This document shows positions 1 through 8,016 of a DNA stretch of 64,000 nucleotides, piece by piece (the first letter of the stretch is position 1; each line of letters opens with the position of its first letter). The translations under genes and the position numbers were made by a program. Below the pieces are notes generated by a model. That model saw only the letters and a program-made list of their open reading frames with translations. It was not told the DNA's origin and searched no databases. Location: the NCBI RefSeq assembly GCF_056712565.1, contig NZ_CM160072.1. One strand, written 5' to 3'.

Positions 1-278
1 TCTTTGCCTTTTAACTTGCAACTGGCTCGCTCGTGATTTGCATTTGCAAGCTCTCCATTTACAAGCCAATTGATATCAGCTCCCGTGTCAAGACAACACC
101 TAACTATGACATTGCCAGGTATTGCATCACGCTGAACCCAGCCGCTAACGCTGTGTTTAGCGATACCTAGCAGGTCAGCCAAATCCTTTTGCATCTTGAC
201 CCCATAGGCTGACATTAAGCGTTCCAATACGCCGTTCGTTGCACTAACACGCCACTGTACATCAAGCTCAGAACTCAT
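1..278 (-). CDS. cI: phage immunity repressor, 186 CI-like; N-terminal part only (gene runs off the window start)
   Basis: Reverse-strand ORF from ATG at 278 (MSSELDVQWRVSATNGVLERLMSAYGVKMQKDLADLLGIAK...CLDTGADINWLVNGE); resembles 186-type CI N-terminal domain from memory; divergent from early operon. Confidence 0.5.
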   Translation of the reverse strand, partial: MSSELDVQWRVSATNGVLERLMSAYGVKMQKDLADLLGIAKHSVSGWVQRDAIPGNVIVRCCLDTGADINWLVNGELANANHERASCKLKGK

Positions 279-399
279 AAAAACCCCTACAGATAATTTT
301 ATGGGTGTTTACAGAAAACTTTTTACGATCTATAGTGGCATTCATCGACCAAGATGCACACCACTGCACTACATTTCAAACAACAGGAGATAATGCGAT
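279..399. promoter_or_regulatory. divergent early promoter/operator region between repressor and early operon
   Basis: 121-bp gap between divergent cI-like and early ORFs; AGGAGA RBS 385-390 precedes ATG 400; operators not resolved. Confidence 0.3.
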
Positions 400-771
400 A
401 TGTCAGATGCAAAATCAATCTCGACGCACGACTCGCAAAACTCACAAAATCAAACTGTGCTGCTAGATCCAACACAGTTTGATGCCATCGTTACCGCCAT
501 GCTGCCAGCTCTACAGACAATGATTCGCTCCGCTATGTCAGACACGATGACTGTGAAAGACTTCGCCGCTACTCGCGGTGTTAGCGAGCGTCTGGTCTGG
601 CAATGGCTCGATGAGGGAGTTCTTCTCAAAGCTCCGACCAAAGACTTTTCCAACAAAGAGGAAGCTGCTAAACGAAGCCGAACCCTCGTAAACGTAAAAG
701 CATGGCGCGATAAGCTGACTCAACAAGCGATTGATTGTCGCTACATCGACCAGCGCACCGCTCTTAACTGA
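400..771 (+). CDS. early regulator, Apl/Cox/Cro-like (putative)
   Basis: First gene of rightward early operon, strong RBS; possible HTH TVKDFAATRGVSERLVWQWLDEG; assignment by position. Confidence 0.35.
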   Translation: MSDAKSISTHDSQNSQNQTVLLDPTQFDAIVTAMLPALQTMIRSAMSDTMTVKDFAATRGVSERLVWQWLDEGVLLKAPTKDFSNKEEAAKRSRTLVNVKAWRDKLTQQAIDCRYIDQRTALN

Positions 772-803
772 ATTTGATTATGCAAGTTAGAGGGAATTTA
801 ACC

Positions 804-1313
804 ATGTTTGATTTTCAGGTTTCCAAACATCCCCACTATGACGAAGCATGCCGCATTTTCGCACAGCGTCACAACATGGCGAAGCTGGCCGAGCGTGCAG
901 GTATGAACGTTCAAACGTTACGTAACAAGCTCAACCCGGAACAGCCTCACCAGTTCACGCCGTCTGAATTGTGGCTGCTGACTGACCTGACCGAAGACTC
1001 AACCCTCATTGATGGTTTTTTAGCGCAGATTCACTGCCTACCATGCGTGCCGGTTAATGAGTTGGCTAAAGACAAATTGCAGTCTTATGTCATGCGCGCA
1101 ATGCGTGAACTCGGCGAACTGGCGAGCGGCGCGGTATCTGATGAACGTCTGACCATTGCCCGTAAGCACAACATGATTGAAAGCGTTAACTCCGGCATTC
1201 GCATGTTGTCATTGTCGGCTCTGGCGCTGCATGCACGTCTGCAGACTAATCCAGCTATGTCGAGCGTGGTCGATACCATGAGCGGTATTGGCGCATCGTT
1301 TGGTCTGATTTGA
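804..1313 (+). CDS. cII: CII-like regulatory protein (186 CII family)
   Basis: 169 aa from ATG 804 with RBS AGAGGG 789-794; resembles 186 CII family from memory; ORF track start at 774 is a TTG extension. Confidence 0.55.
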   Translation: MFDFQVSKHPHYDEACRIFAQRHNMAKLAERAGMNVQTLRNKLNPEQPHQFTPSELWLLTDLTEDSTLIDGFLAQIHCLPCVPVNELAKDKLQSYVMRAMRELGELASGAVSDERLTIARKHNMIESVNSGIRMLSLSALALHARLQTNPAMSSVVDTMSGIGASFGLI

Positions 1314-1314
1314 G

Positions 1315-1521
1315 GTGCGTATGCTGAAAAGTGAACCGTCATTCGCATCTCTGCTCGTTAAGCAAAGCCCCGGCATGCACTACGGCCACGGCTGGATCGC
1401 AGGTAAGGACGGCAAGCGCTGGCACCCGAGCCACTCGCAGGCTGATTTACTGGCTGGCCTCTCTACTCAAAAGCGGGGGGGATCATGGCTATCGAAGCTG
1501 TTTCCGCGACTGTTCCGCTAA
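1315..1521 (+). CDS. hypothetical phage early protein
   Basis: 68-aa ORF in early operon, GC-rich codon usage like neighbours. Confidence 0.3.
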   Translation: MRMLKSEPSFASLLVKQSPGMHYGHGWIAGKDGKRWHPSHSQADLLAGLSTQKRGGSWLSKLFPRLFR

Positions 1522-1823
1522 AAGCGGGTGAACGTCTGGCCGGTCTCAATCATGTTGCCGAATTGCGCGCGAGATATTGGGGCGATAGCTGGAAAGAGGT
1601 TGAACGTTTTGTCGATGATATGCGCGATAAACGTGACCCACAATTTGAAGAAAATAATCGGGCGCTGGCCGCTATTTTCTTTCTGGCAAAAATACCGGCG
1701 GCTCGTCATGAACTCGAATTAAGTGAGCTGACTACTGACGAGAAAAAGGCGCTTATTACAGCGATGAATCATTTTCGTGCAGTAGTGAGCTTATTTCCCA
1801 AACGGCTAACCATGCCGAATTAA
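1485..1823 (+). CDS. hypothetical phage early protein
   Basis: 112-aa ORF in early operon. Confidence 0.4.
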   Translation: MAIEAVSATVPLKAGERLAGLNHVAELRARYWGDSWKEVERFVDDMRDKRDPQFEENNRALAAIFFLAKIPAARHELELSELTTDEKKALITAMNHFRAVVSLFPKRLTMPN

Positions 1824-1890
1824 TCCAAACAGAAATTTAATGGCGTAAACCCGCCGGGCATCTTATTGCCCGAAATCAGGAGAGTTAATT

Positions 1891-2118
1891 ATGCGTAATA
1901 CCGAAATCCGTAGTTTTAACACTGATAGCGATGCGCTGGCCGTATTGCTGACCGATGCAAAAAAAGAAGAGCGTAAAGACCGCGCGCTCGCTGTTTCCAT
2001 CCGCCTTGAGGCGCTGGCTATCCATATTACCAGAGAGGGAATGAGCGGCACCGAAGCTGCCGAACTGCTGCGCCGTGAAGCAACCCGCTTTGAGAATGAA
2101 TCACAGGAGCTGCACTAA
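1891..2118 (+). CDS. hypothetical phage early protein
   Basis: 75-aa ORF, stop overlaps start of next gene (ATGA 2115-2120 region). Confidence 0.4.
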   Translation: MRNTEIRSFNTDSDALAVLLTDAKKEERKDRALAVSIRLEALAIHITREGMSGTEAAELLRREATRFENESQELH

Positions 2119-2339
2119 TGGCCGACGCAATGGATTTAGCACAACTGCGCGAGCAGGAAGACCGCGAACGCCACATCAGCAACGCACGCACCCGTATCGC
2201 TGCACCTTCCCGTTTTCTTTGCGAGGAATGTGACGCACCAATCCCGGAAGCTCGCCGCATTGCGATTCCGGGCGTGGCTTTTTGCGTAACCTGCCAGCAA
2301 ATCGCAGAGCTAAAAAACAAACACTATCGGGGGGTATAA
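2118..2339 (+). CDS. TraR/DksA-family C4 zinc-finger protein
   Basis: 73 aa with CEECDAPIPEARR...FCVTCQ (CxxC-N17-CxxC) typical of phage TraR-like proteins. Confidence 0.55.
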   Translation: MADAMDLAQLREQEDRERHISNARTRIAAPSRFLCEECDAPIPEARRIAIPGVAFCVTCQQIAELKNKHYRGV

Positions 2340-2340
2340 A

Positions 2341-4563
2341 TTGGCTGTTCAATTCGCTTATCCGTGGAACGTCCCACGGTCGGCAATCTCCAGCCCATAC
2401 CTTACTTATGAGCAACAGCATCGCCGCGACCGTATGTTCGCGGCTTTGCTGCATGCAAAAAAGGTGCTTTCTCTCCAGCCCGACTGCGTGCGGTTAGATG
2501 TTTATCGCACTGCTGCGGTGCTGGAGCAAAATCAGGGTAGTCAACGAGCCAATGCATTTTTAATCAGCTTCTGCAAAAAGGCATTGCCGCGTCTTGAACT
2601 GGTCGCAAAAAAATACGAATGCGCTGGTATCAACAGCAAGGTATCAACCGCTGTTTTTGGAAGTCATTTTGATACTCAGCAAATGCAATATCTGTCGTCA
2701 CGCATGGTTAATATGGTCGCCCGATATAACCGTCTCCCGGACATGTCGCGCGCTGATGTTGACCTGTTGGCCGCTGATATTGCTAATTTCATTCGTGGTG
2801 AACTTGCCAACATTAATGACCACGGATTCGGCGAGCTTAAAACGCTGTACACCTGGTATATTCGTGCTGGCTTTATTTCCCTCCAATTCAACGTTATCCC
2901 ACCACATTGGGAGCGGGTTGAAAAAAAATATGTCGGTGCGGATGAAATCGCACCGGCTATCGCCAAAATGTTTAACGATGGGTGGTGGCGCGGTCGTTTG
3001 CGCCGTGTAGCAGCTACGTGGCGCGAACACCTGCAAATTGCAGTCGGCAACGTCAGTAAGAAAAAAAACACTTACGCGAGTAAAAACTGCGTGACTGACT
3101 GGCGTGAACAAAAGCGCCGCACTCGTGAATTTCTCAAAGGTCTGGATCTCGAAGACGAAGACGGCAACCGTATCAGCCTAATTGAAAAATATGATGGCTC
3201 AGTTGCTAACCCTGCGATTCGCCGCTGTGAGCTCATGACCCGCATTCGTGGGTTTGAAAACATCTGTAATGAGCTCGGTTATGTCGGTGAGTTTTACACT
3301 CTAACCGCGCCGTCAAAATATCACGCCACGACTAAAGCCGGTTACCGTAACAGCAAATGGAGCGGTGCCAGCCCGGCTGACACGCAAAACTATCTAACCG
3401 GTATCTGGGCGCGTATCCGTGCCAAACTACATCGGGAAGATGTCCGTATTTTCGGTATTCGTGTCGCCGAGCCCCATCACGACGGCACTCCACACTGGCA
3501 CATGCTGATGTTCATGCTGCCGGAAGATGTTGAATATGTTCGCTCCATCGTCCGTAAATACGCATGGAAAGAAGACCGCCACGAACTGAAAAGCGATAAA
3601 TCCAAAAAAGCACGTTTCCACGCGGAGTCCATTGACCCGGAGAAAGGCAGCGCAACCGGCTATGTTGCTAAATACATTTCAAAAAATATCGACGGTTATG
3701 CTCTCGATGGTGAAACCGATGATGAAAGCGGTGAGCTGCTGAAAGAGACAGCCCCCGCCGTTTCAGCATGGGCTGCGCGCTGGCACATCCGTCAGTTTCA
3801 GTTTATTGGTGGTGCGCCGGTGACGGTTTACCGTGAGTTGCGTCGCCTCGCTGATACCGAAACCGCGCACGGTCTGAGCGTTGAGTTTGCCGCCGTCCAT
3901 GATGCCGCCGACGCTGGTGACTGGGCTGGTTATGTTAATGCTCAGGGTGGGCCGTTTGTCCGTCGCGATGATTTACAGGTGCGCACACTGTATGAACCGC
4001 GTACCGAGCTTAATCAGTACGGTGAGGAAACGGTATGTATTAAGGGGGTCTACGATTCCTCCATAGGTGCAGGAAGCCCGATTTTAACCCGGCTCACTCA
4101 GTGGAAGATTGTTCCGAAGCGTGCTGTTGATTTGCCCGTTGACCTTCAGGACGGCAAAGCCGTCCCTCGGAGTTCTGTCAATAACTGTACGGGAAGCGAA
4201 AGCGATCCACCGATACTGGATTTAACAAAACCACTGAGTCGGCGTGAAAGACGAGAATTGACCAACCGACTCAGGAAGCAAAAGCCAGCAGCACGGCGAA
4301 AATTCATCCACGGAACGGATGAGCAAAACGCAGCTATAGCTAAAACTATCGATGAGATACATCTGACAACCGGCATTAATATCAGCCGGGGCGAAGCCCT
4401 GCACCTGATGGCCGGTGGTAAAAGTTGTTTTGATGGTAAATGGCTACGCGGAACGGCCAAAGGAGAAATATTTTCCGCAGCACCATCGCATGAGGCTAAA
4501 GCTCGGAAAATCCTTAATCGTGTTGCGGCGATGGCTGAAGCATTAAAACCAATACATGAGTAA
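2341..4563 (+). CDS. A: replication initiation endonuclease (P2 gpA family, rolling-circle initiator)
   Basis: 740-aa ORF (TTG start in track; true start may be downstream ATG); motifs PHWHMLMF and YVAKYISKN (active-site Tyr region) as in gpA. Confidence 0.8.
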   Translation: MAVQFAYPWNVPRSAISSPYLTYEQQHRRDRMFAALLHAKKVLSLQPDCVRLDVYRTAAVLEQNQGSQRANAFLISFCKKALPRLELVAKKYECAGINSKVSTAVFGSHFDTQQMQYLSSRMVNMVARYNRLPDMSRADVDLLAADIANFIRGELANINDHGFGELKTLYTWYIRAGFISLQFNVIPPHWERVEKKYVGADEIAPAIAKMFNDGWWRGRLRRVAATWREHLQIAVGNVSKKKNTYASKNCVTDWREQKRRTREFLKGLDLEDEDGNRISLIEKYDGSVANPAIRRCELMTRIRGFENICNELGYVGEFYTLTAPSKYHATTKAGYRNSKWSGASPADTQNYLTGIWARIRAKLHREDVRIFGIRVAEPHHDGTPHWHMLMFMLPEDVEYVRSIVRKYAWKEDRHELKSDKSKKARFHAESIDPEKGSATGYVAKYISKNIDGYALDGETDDESGELLKETAPAVSAWAARWHIRQFQFIGGAPVTVYRELRRLADTETAHGLSVEFAAVHDAADAGDWAGYVNAQGGPFVRRDDLQVRTLYEPRTELNQYGEETVCIKGVYDSSIGAGSPILTRLTQWKIVPKRAVDLPVDLQDGKAVPRSSVNNCTGSESDPPILDLTKPLSRRERRELTNRLRKQKPAARRKFIHGTDEQNAAIAKTIDEIHLTTGINISRGEALHLMAGGKSCFDGKWLRGTAKGEIFSAAPSHEAKARKILNRVAAMAEALKPIHE

Positions 4564-4637
4564 TTCATATCCATATCATGCACATACAGCAATCGCTCTA
4601 TTCGTTTTTTTTCTTCCCATCTTTTGCCAATACGTGC

Positions 4638-4657
4638 TACTGTATAAATATACAGTA
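4638..4657. promoter_or_regulatory. LexA (SOS) box overlapping sigma70 promoter for tum/dinI-like operon
   Basis: TACTGTATAAATATACAGTA = CTGT-N8-ACAG palindrome; -35 TTGCCA (4625-4630) and -10 TATAAAT inside the box; RBS GGGAGGGAT then ATG 4677. Confidence 0.6.
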
Positions 4658-4676
4658 ACCCTATGGGAGGGATTTC

Positions 4677-4859
4677 ATGGTTGGCGAACATTTCAGCCGA
4701 ACGCAGCAAAAGTGGGCTTGTGTGCAATTTATTGCCGAGGTATCTCTGATTGCAAACTGCAAGCCATCAGACTTAAAGCTCGCGCTCACTCTCATTGCAG
4801 ACCTAGCAAACAGCGAAAATAACGAAACCGAAGATGATAATTTTTATAAGGCTGATTAG
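4677..4859 (+). CDS. Tum-like N-terminal segment (putative antirepressor part), ends at in-frame TAG
   Basis: 60-aa ORF directly downstream of LexA box; TAG 4857-4859 then ATT then ATG 4863 in the same frame. Confidence 0.4.
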   Translation: MVGEHFSRTQQKWACVQFIAEVSLIANCKPSDLKLALTLIADLANSENNETEDDNFYKAD

Positions 4860-4862
4860 ATT

Positions 4863-5093
4863 ATGAGAATCAATATCACGTTGGATAAAGAGCAAAAATT
4901 AGGGCAACAGATCATTGATGCTTTTCAGAATGAAATAACACATCGAGTACAATGCGTTTTTCCTGCAACAAAAGTTAACGTTAAGAAAGGGTCAATGACT
5001 GGTGTAGAGGCTATCGGATTCGATAAAGAGGCGGACAGAGAAACATTAGGCAGCATATTACAAGAGATTTGGGAAGACGATAGCTGGCGTTAA
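4863..5093 (+). CDS. DinI-family protein (Tum C-terminal domain-like)
   Basis: 76 aa MRINITLDKEQKLGQQIIDAFQNEITHRVQCVFP...LGSILQEIWEDDSWR matches DinI pattern (MRIEVTIAK...ISEILQETWESADDW) from memory. Confidence 0.6.
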   Translation: MRINITLDKEQKLGQQIIDAFQNEITHRVQCVFPATKVNVKKGSMTGVEAIGFDKEADRETLGSILQEIWEDDSWR

Positions 5094-5126
5094 ACATAAT
5101 AACCGTGCTGGCGCAAAAACTAGCTT

Positions 5127-5163
5127 TTTGCGTCGGCGGGGTTGAGTAACGAGCCCACGAGGC
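5127..5163. repeat. copy 1 of ~32-bp imperfect direct repeat (GGCGGGGTTGAnnAACGAGCnCnCGAGGC)
   Basis: cggcggggttgagtaacgagcccacgaggc here vs tggcgggggttgaacaacgagcaccgcgaggc at 5539-5570. Confidence 0.5.
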
Positions 5164-5292
5164 TTAAGTCCTGCCTTTCAAAATTTCTCAATGTGCTATT
5201 GATGACACGCCCATGATTAATGAGGCATGACCTGAGATGGTTTTATAGTGGCGTTTTGACGGCACTGATTAAAATTCATTGAGGGTGATAAT

Positions 5293-5502
5293 ATGCATCG
5301 ACTACCAGGTGAAATACCGCAGCACAAAACTAAAAGCATCAAACTGATGGCCATCGTTCATCGTTTGCAGCAGATAATGGTCAATGAGAATTTGACACCC
5401 GCAGAGCTGGTCGGGTGTGCCGAAATAGTCAGGGATAATTACGGCAAGCTGGATAGCATCAGCAGGTCGAAACAATACGCACCACCACCACGTCGACGAT
5501 AG
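5293..5502 (+). CDS. hypothetical small protein (69 aa)
   Basis: ORF with RBS GAGGGTGATAAT before ATG; flanked by the two direct repeats. Confidence 0.4.
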   Translation: MHRLPGEIPQHKTKSIKLMAIVHRLQQIMVNENLTPAELVGCAEIVRDNYGKLDSISRSKQYAPPPRRR

Positions 5503-5530
5503 CAAACGCCGCCGGTTCTGAAACTCGCTT

Positions 5531-5573
5531 TCAGTACTGGCGGGGGTTGAACAACGAGCACCGCGAGGCGTTA
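5531..5573. repeat. copy 2 of ~32-bp imperfect direct repeat
   Basis: See copy 1; both copies preceded by a short hairpin (CGCAAAAA..TTTTTGCG at 5117-5137; CTGAAA..TTTCAG at 5519-5534). Confidence 0.5.
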
Positions 5574-5576
5574 GCA

Positions 5577-6518
5577 TTAATTTATTTTTAATGAATGGTA
5601 ATCTCGTGAGTTGACCGAAGATTTGAGATAACTGCAATCATTAACCGACAGTATTGCCGCTAATAGGCGACATACCAGTGCCTGCATTTGCAGCAATATA
5701 TCGTTACCATATTGACTGTTGTTAACACTTGAGAAACCAAGCGGTTGACCAAAAAAAATAGCCTCATGAAAATTATCATTGCGGATGCCAGAAATGTTTT
5801 TTTTACCTGACACCCATGTGGGGATTGATAACCCATAAATTTTGCACATCCACTTTAATCGCTTGTAATGATTTGGCGGTTTTTTATCAGGAGCCTTGTC
5901 ATGCTCAGCCCACGACAAAGCAAAGCACCCATCAAGTGCCATGTAAAGATACTGGAATTTTTCAAAAGAAAGGTATTGTGGGTTTTGAGATAAGAATAGT
6001 GCATGCACCACTGCCGCAATTCTTTTGGGGGAGTGCGCATCCTTATGTTTGCCATTTATATAATTAAGAGCCAGTTCTATGACTTCTTTTTCAGAGCATC
6101 CAACGAGAATAAAGTCGGTTAACTTAGTGGGCTTGATAGTGGTTGCATCTAAAAAACCAGCGTCAGTGGTTGTCAATCTTATTCCCTTGAAAAAAGAAAG
6201 GCACCACACAATAAAGTTGAGAGTTTCTAACGAGGATGTATTTTTTAATTTTAGTGTGTGCGTTTTGGGCATACTGAATACTCGGTGACTATAAGGCATT
6301 GTGGATATGCCACCATTAAGGTTATATACATCTTGGTTTCCAGGGTATATCCAACCTTTCACAACGTTTTTATCATTATTAACACGCTCCACTTTCTCAT
6401 TGAGACCAGGTAAAGTAAGCAAAGAAAATTGTTCAGTCTCAATGTTAACTTCTACTGGATAGTATCCAAACTCCGACATAATCTCATTGGGTTGCTGTTC
6501 GTCAACTTCACCTTGCAT
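5577..6518 (-). CDS. hypothetical cargo protein, 313 aa, with RNxxxH motif (possible HEPN-like)
   Basis: AT-rich ORF unlike flanking phage DNA; motif GIRNDNFHEAIFF (R-x4-H) near C-terminus; no other recognisable domain. Confidence 0.6.
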   Translation of the reverse strand: MQGEVDEQQPNEIMSEFGYYPVEVNIETEQFSLLTLPGLNEKVERVNNDKNVVKGWIYPGNQDVYNLNGGISTMPYSHRVFSMPKTHTLKLKNTSSLETLNFIVWCLSFFKGIRLTTTDAGFLDATTIKPTKLTDFILVGCSEKEVIELALNYINGKHKDAHSPKRIAAVVHALFLSQNPQYLSFEKFQYLYMALDGCFALSWAEHDKAPDKKPPNHYKRLKWMCKIYGLSIPTWVSGKKNISGIRNDNFHEAIFFGQPLGFSSVNNSQYGNDILLQMQALVCRLLAAILSVNDCSYLKSSVNSRDYHSLKIN

Positions 6519-6541
6519 ATCTTTCTCCGTTCAAAAATAGG

Positions 6542-6557
6542 CTCGATAATTATCGAG
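6542..6557. promoter_or_regulatory. perfect 16-bp palindrome upstream of the 313-aa gene (candidate operator)
   Basis: CTCGATAATTATCGAG, 24-39 bp upstream of start codon at 6518 on reverse strand. Confidence 0.35.
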
Positions 6558-6755
6558 AGGCTATCATGTTTGGAAAGAACCAATGTCCGTAATTTTTGTA
6601 AATTTAAGGTGATTTATCAATAAATAAGCTGTGCATGCAACAGGTGCATGGTTCTGCATGCGCCGGGGTTACCCGTTTTGTACGTGCGCCGCAAGAGCTG
6701 GCGGGGATCCAGAGTGGTCATGCAACTGCATTAAAACCGCCCCATAAAGCGGGCA

Positions 6756-6774
6756 GGCGTGGCGGGGAAAGCAT
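6756..6774. other. cos: cos cohesive-end sequence, 186 type
   Basis: GGCGTGGCGGGGAAAGCAT equals the 19-nt 186 cohesive end as recalled (P2 GGCGAGGCGGGGAAAGCAC); in GC-rich non-coding stretch between A-side cargo and portal gene. Confidence 0.6.
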
Positions 6775-6993
6775 TGCGCGTCAGCAGTGATGCGTAATAA
6801 TAAAAATTATCCTCTGAGCGCGTCGTGATGGCGCTGTCGTGGTCGCTGCTGGTTCGTTGGTGGTCGGGTGTGTTCGTGCGCGTGAGACGCATCTGATGCG
6901 TGATGGTGGTGTGCATGGAAAAGCCACCAGGAGCAGCGGCTTTACAGGAGTGGCAGGATTCAAACTGCTAATTATGTTTCTACTATGATTAAA

Positions 6994-7998
6994 CTAATTT
7001 ACATGTATGTAGAGTTCACCGTCGCCAGACCAATCGGGACACTCTAAAACAAGCCCAAACTGCTTGAATATTTCATCAATGATTATTGTTATCTCCCGAA
7101 AATCACCAAAACCTGTAATGTGCTGGTCATTAAACTTCCCATAAAGATTCTGAAAAGCAATGCCTAATTCTGATAATTGATATCTTATCTTTGAGTTGGA
7201 TAGTGTAAGGGATAGCTTTGGATCGTATTCTTTAATATTGATGTTTAGAGAATGGACATAACCCATCGCATAAGCATAAGAGTTGATGATTAGCCTGATA
7301 CGTTTTTTTACTTCGAGATACATGTCATTCAGAGAAATATTACCGTACTTATAACCCCAGATGAGTTTTTCAATCTCGTCAGATACTTCATTTACAACAG
7401 TGTCAAGATTCTCTAAAAATAAATCGATAGTTTCTTGAGGGGCAGACCCCGAAGACATGTAATTAGCGAGATATTCAGACCATGCACGCGTGGCTGAGAT
7501 AAGAAGCGCGCTACCATACTCGTTGACTGTAAAGTTTTGGGCTAAGCATGTTAGTAAGTTTTTTTCATGTACGTGCACTAATTCATGGTGAATGCGATGG
7601 ATGACTGCGAGGTATCCTTCTTCTTTCAGTTTTAAGAAGCTACCATCATTGAAAAGCTCAACAAAAAAATCAATCGATAGCACAAGGGTATATTCTTCAC
7701 ATAGCCCATCATTGCCAATTTTTGTTACTAACTGCCCGACGGCTGCGCCCTGTTTACTATTGGTAAATGAACTAGGGGATTTGTGTTGGTAAGAGGATGT
7801 TACCTTTTGAAGAGCTTCACTGAAGTTATAGGAAACAATCACGCATTTTAATTTGGAGATATCAAGATTGAGATTTTTTGTTAAAGCTCGGATAGCTTCT
7901 AGTGTGAAATTACCGATATTATTTGCTTCTTGCTCAGTAGCGAAACCTTCGAGGGTTATTTTAAAATCAGTTTCCAAAATATTAATCTCCGCGCCCAT
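6994..7998 (-). CDS. hypothetical cargo protein, 334 aa, HExxH...E zinc-metallopeptidase-like motif
   Basis: AT-rich ORF between cos and portal gene; HELVH with Glu 22 residues after first His (gluzincin-like spacing). Confidence 0.6.
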   Translation of the reverse strand: MGAEINILETDFKITLEGFATEQEANNIGNFTLEAIRALTKNLNLDISKLKCVIVSYNFSEALQKVTSSYQHKSPSSFTNSKQGAAVGQLVTKIGNDGLCEEYTLVLSIDFFVELFNDGSFLKLKEEGYLAVIHRIHHELVHVHEKNLLTCLAQNFTVNEYGSALLISATRAWSEYLANYMSSGSAPQETIDLFLENLDTVVNEVSDEIEKLIWGYKYGNISLNDMYLEVKKRIRLIINSYAYAMGYVHSLNINIKEYDPKLSLTLSNSKIRYQLSELGIAFQNLYGKFNDQHITGFGDFREITIIIDEIFKQFGLVLECPDWSGDGELYIHVN

Positions 7999-8016
7999 TG
8001 TTTTGATATTCGATGC

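Noticed and set aside
4146-4727. 193-aa reverse-strand ORF overlapping the 3' end of gene A and the LexA box
   Set aside because: Antisense to replication gene A; would read through the promoter of the tum/dinI-like operon.
6519-6993. GC-rich, structured-looking spacer between two AT-rich cargo genes; considered a retron msr/msd or other ncRNA
   Set aside because: No reverse transcriptase nearby; the region contains the 186-type cohesive-end sequence, so composition is explained by cos. ORFs 6731-6916 and 6781-6963 have no RBS or coding character.
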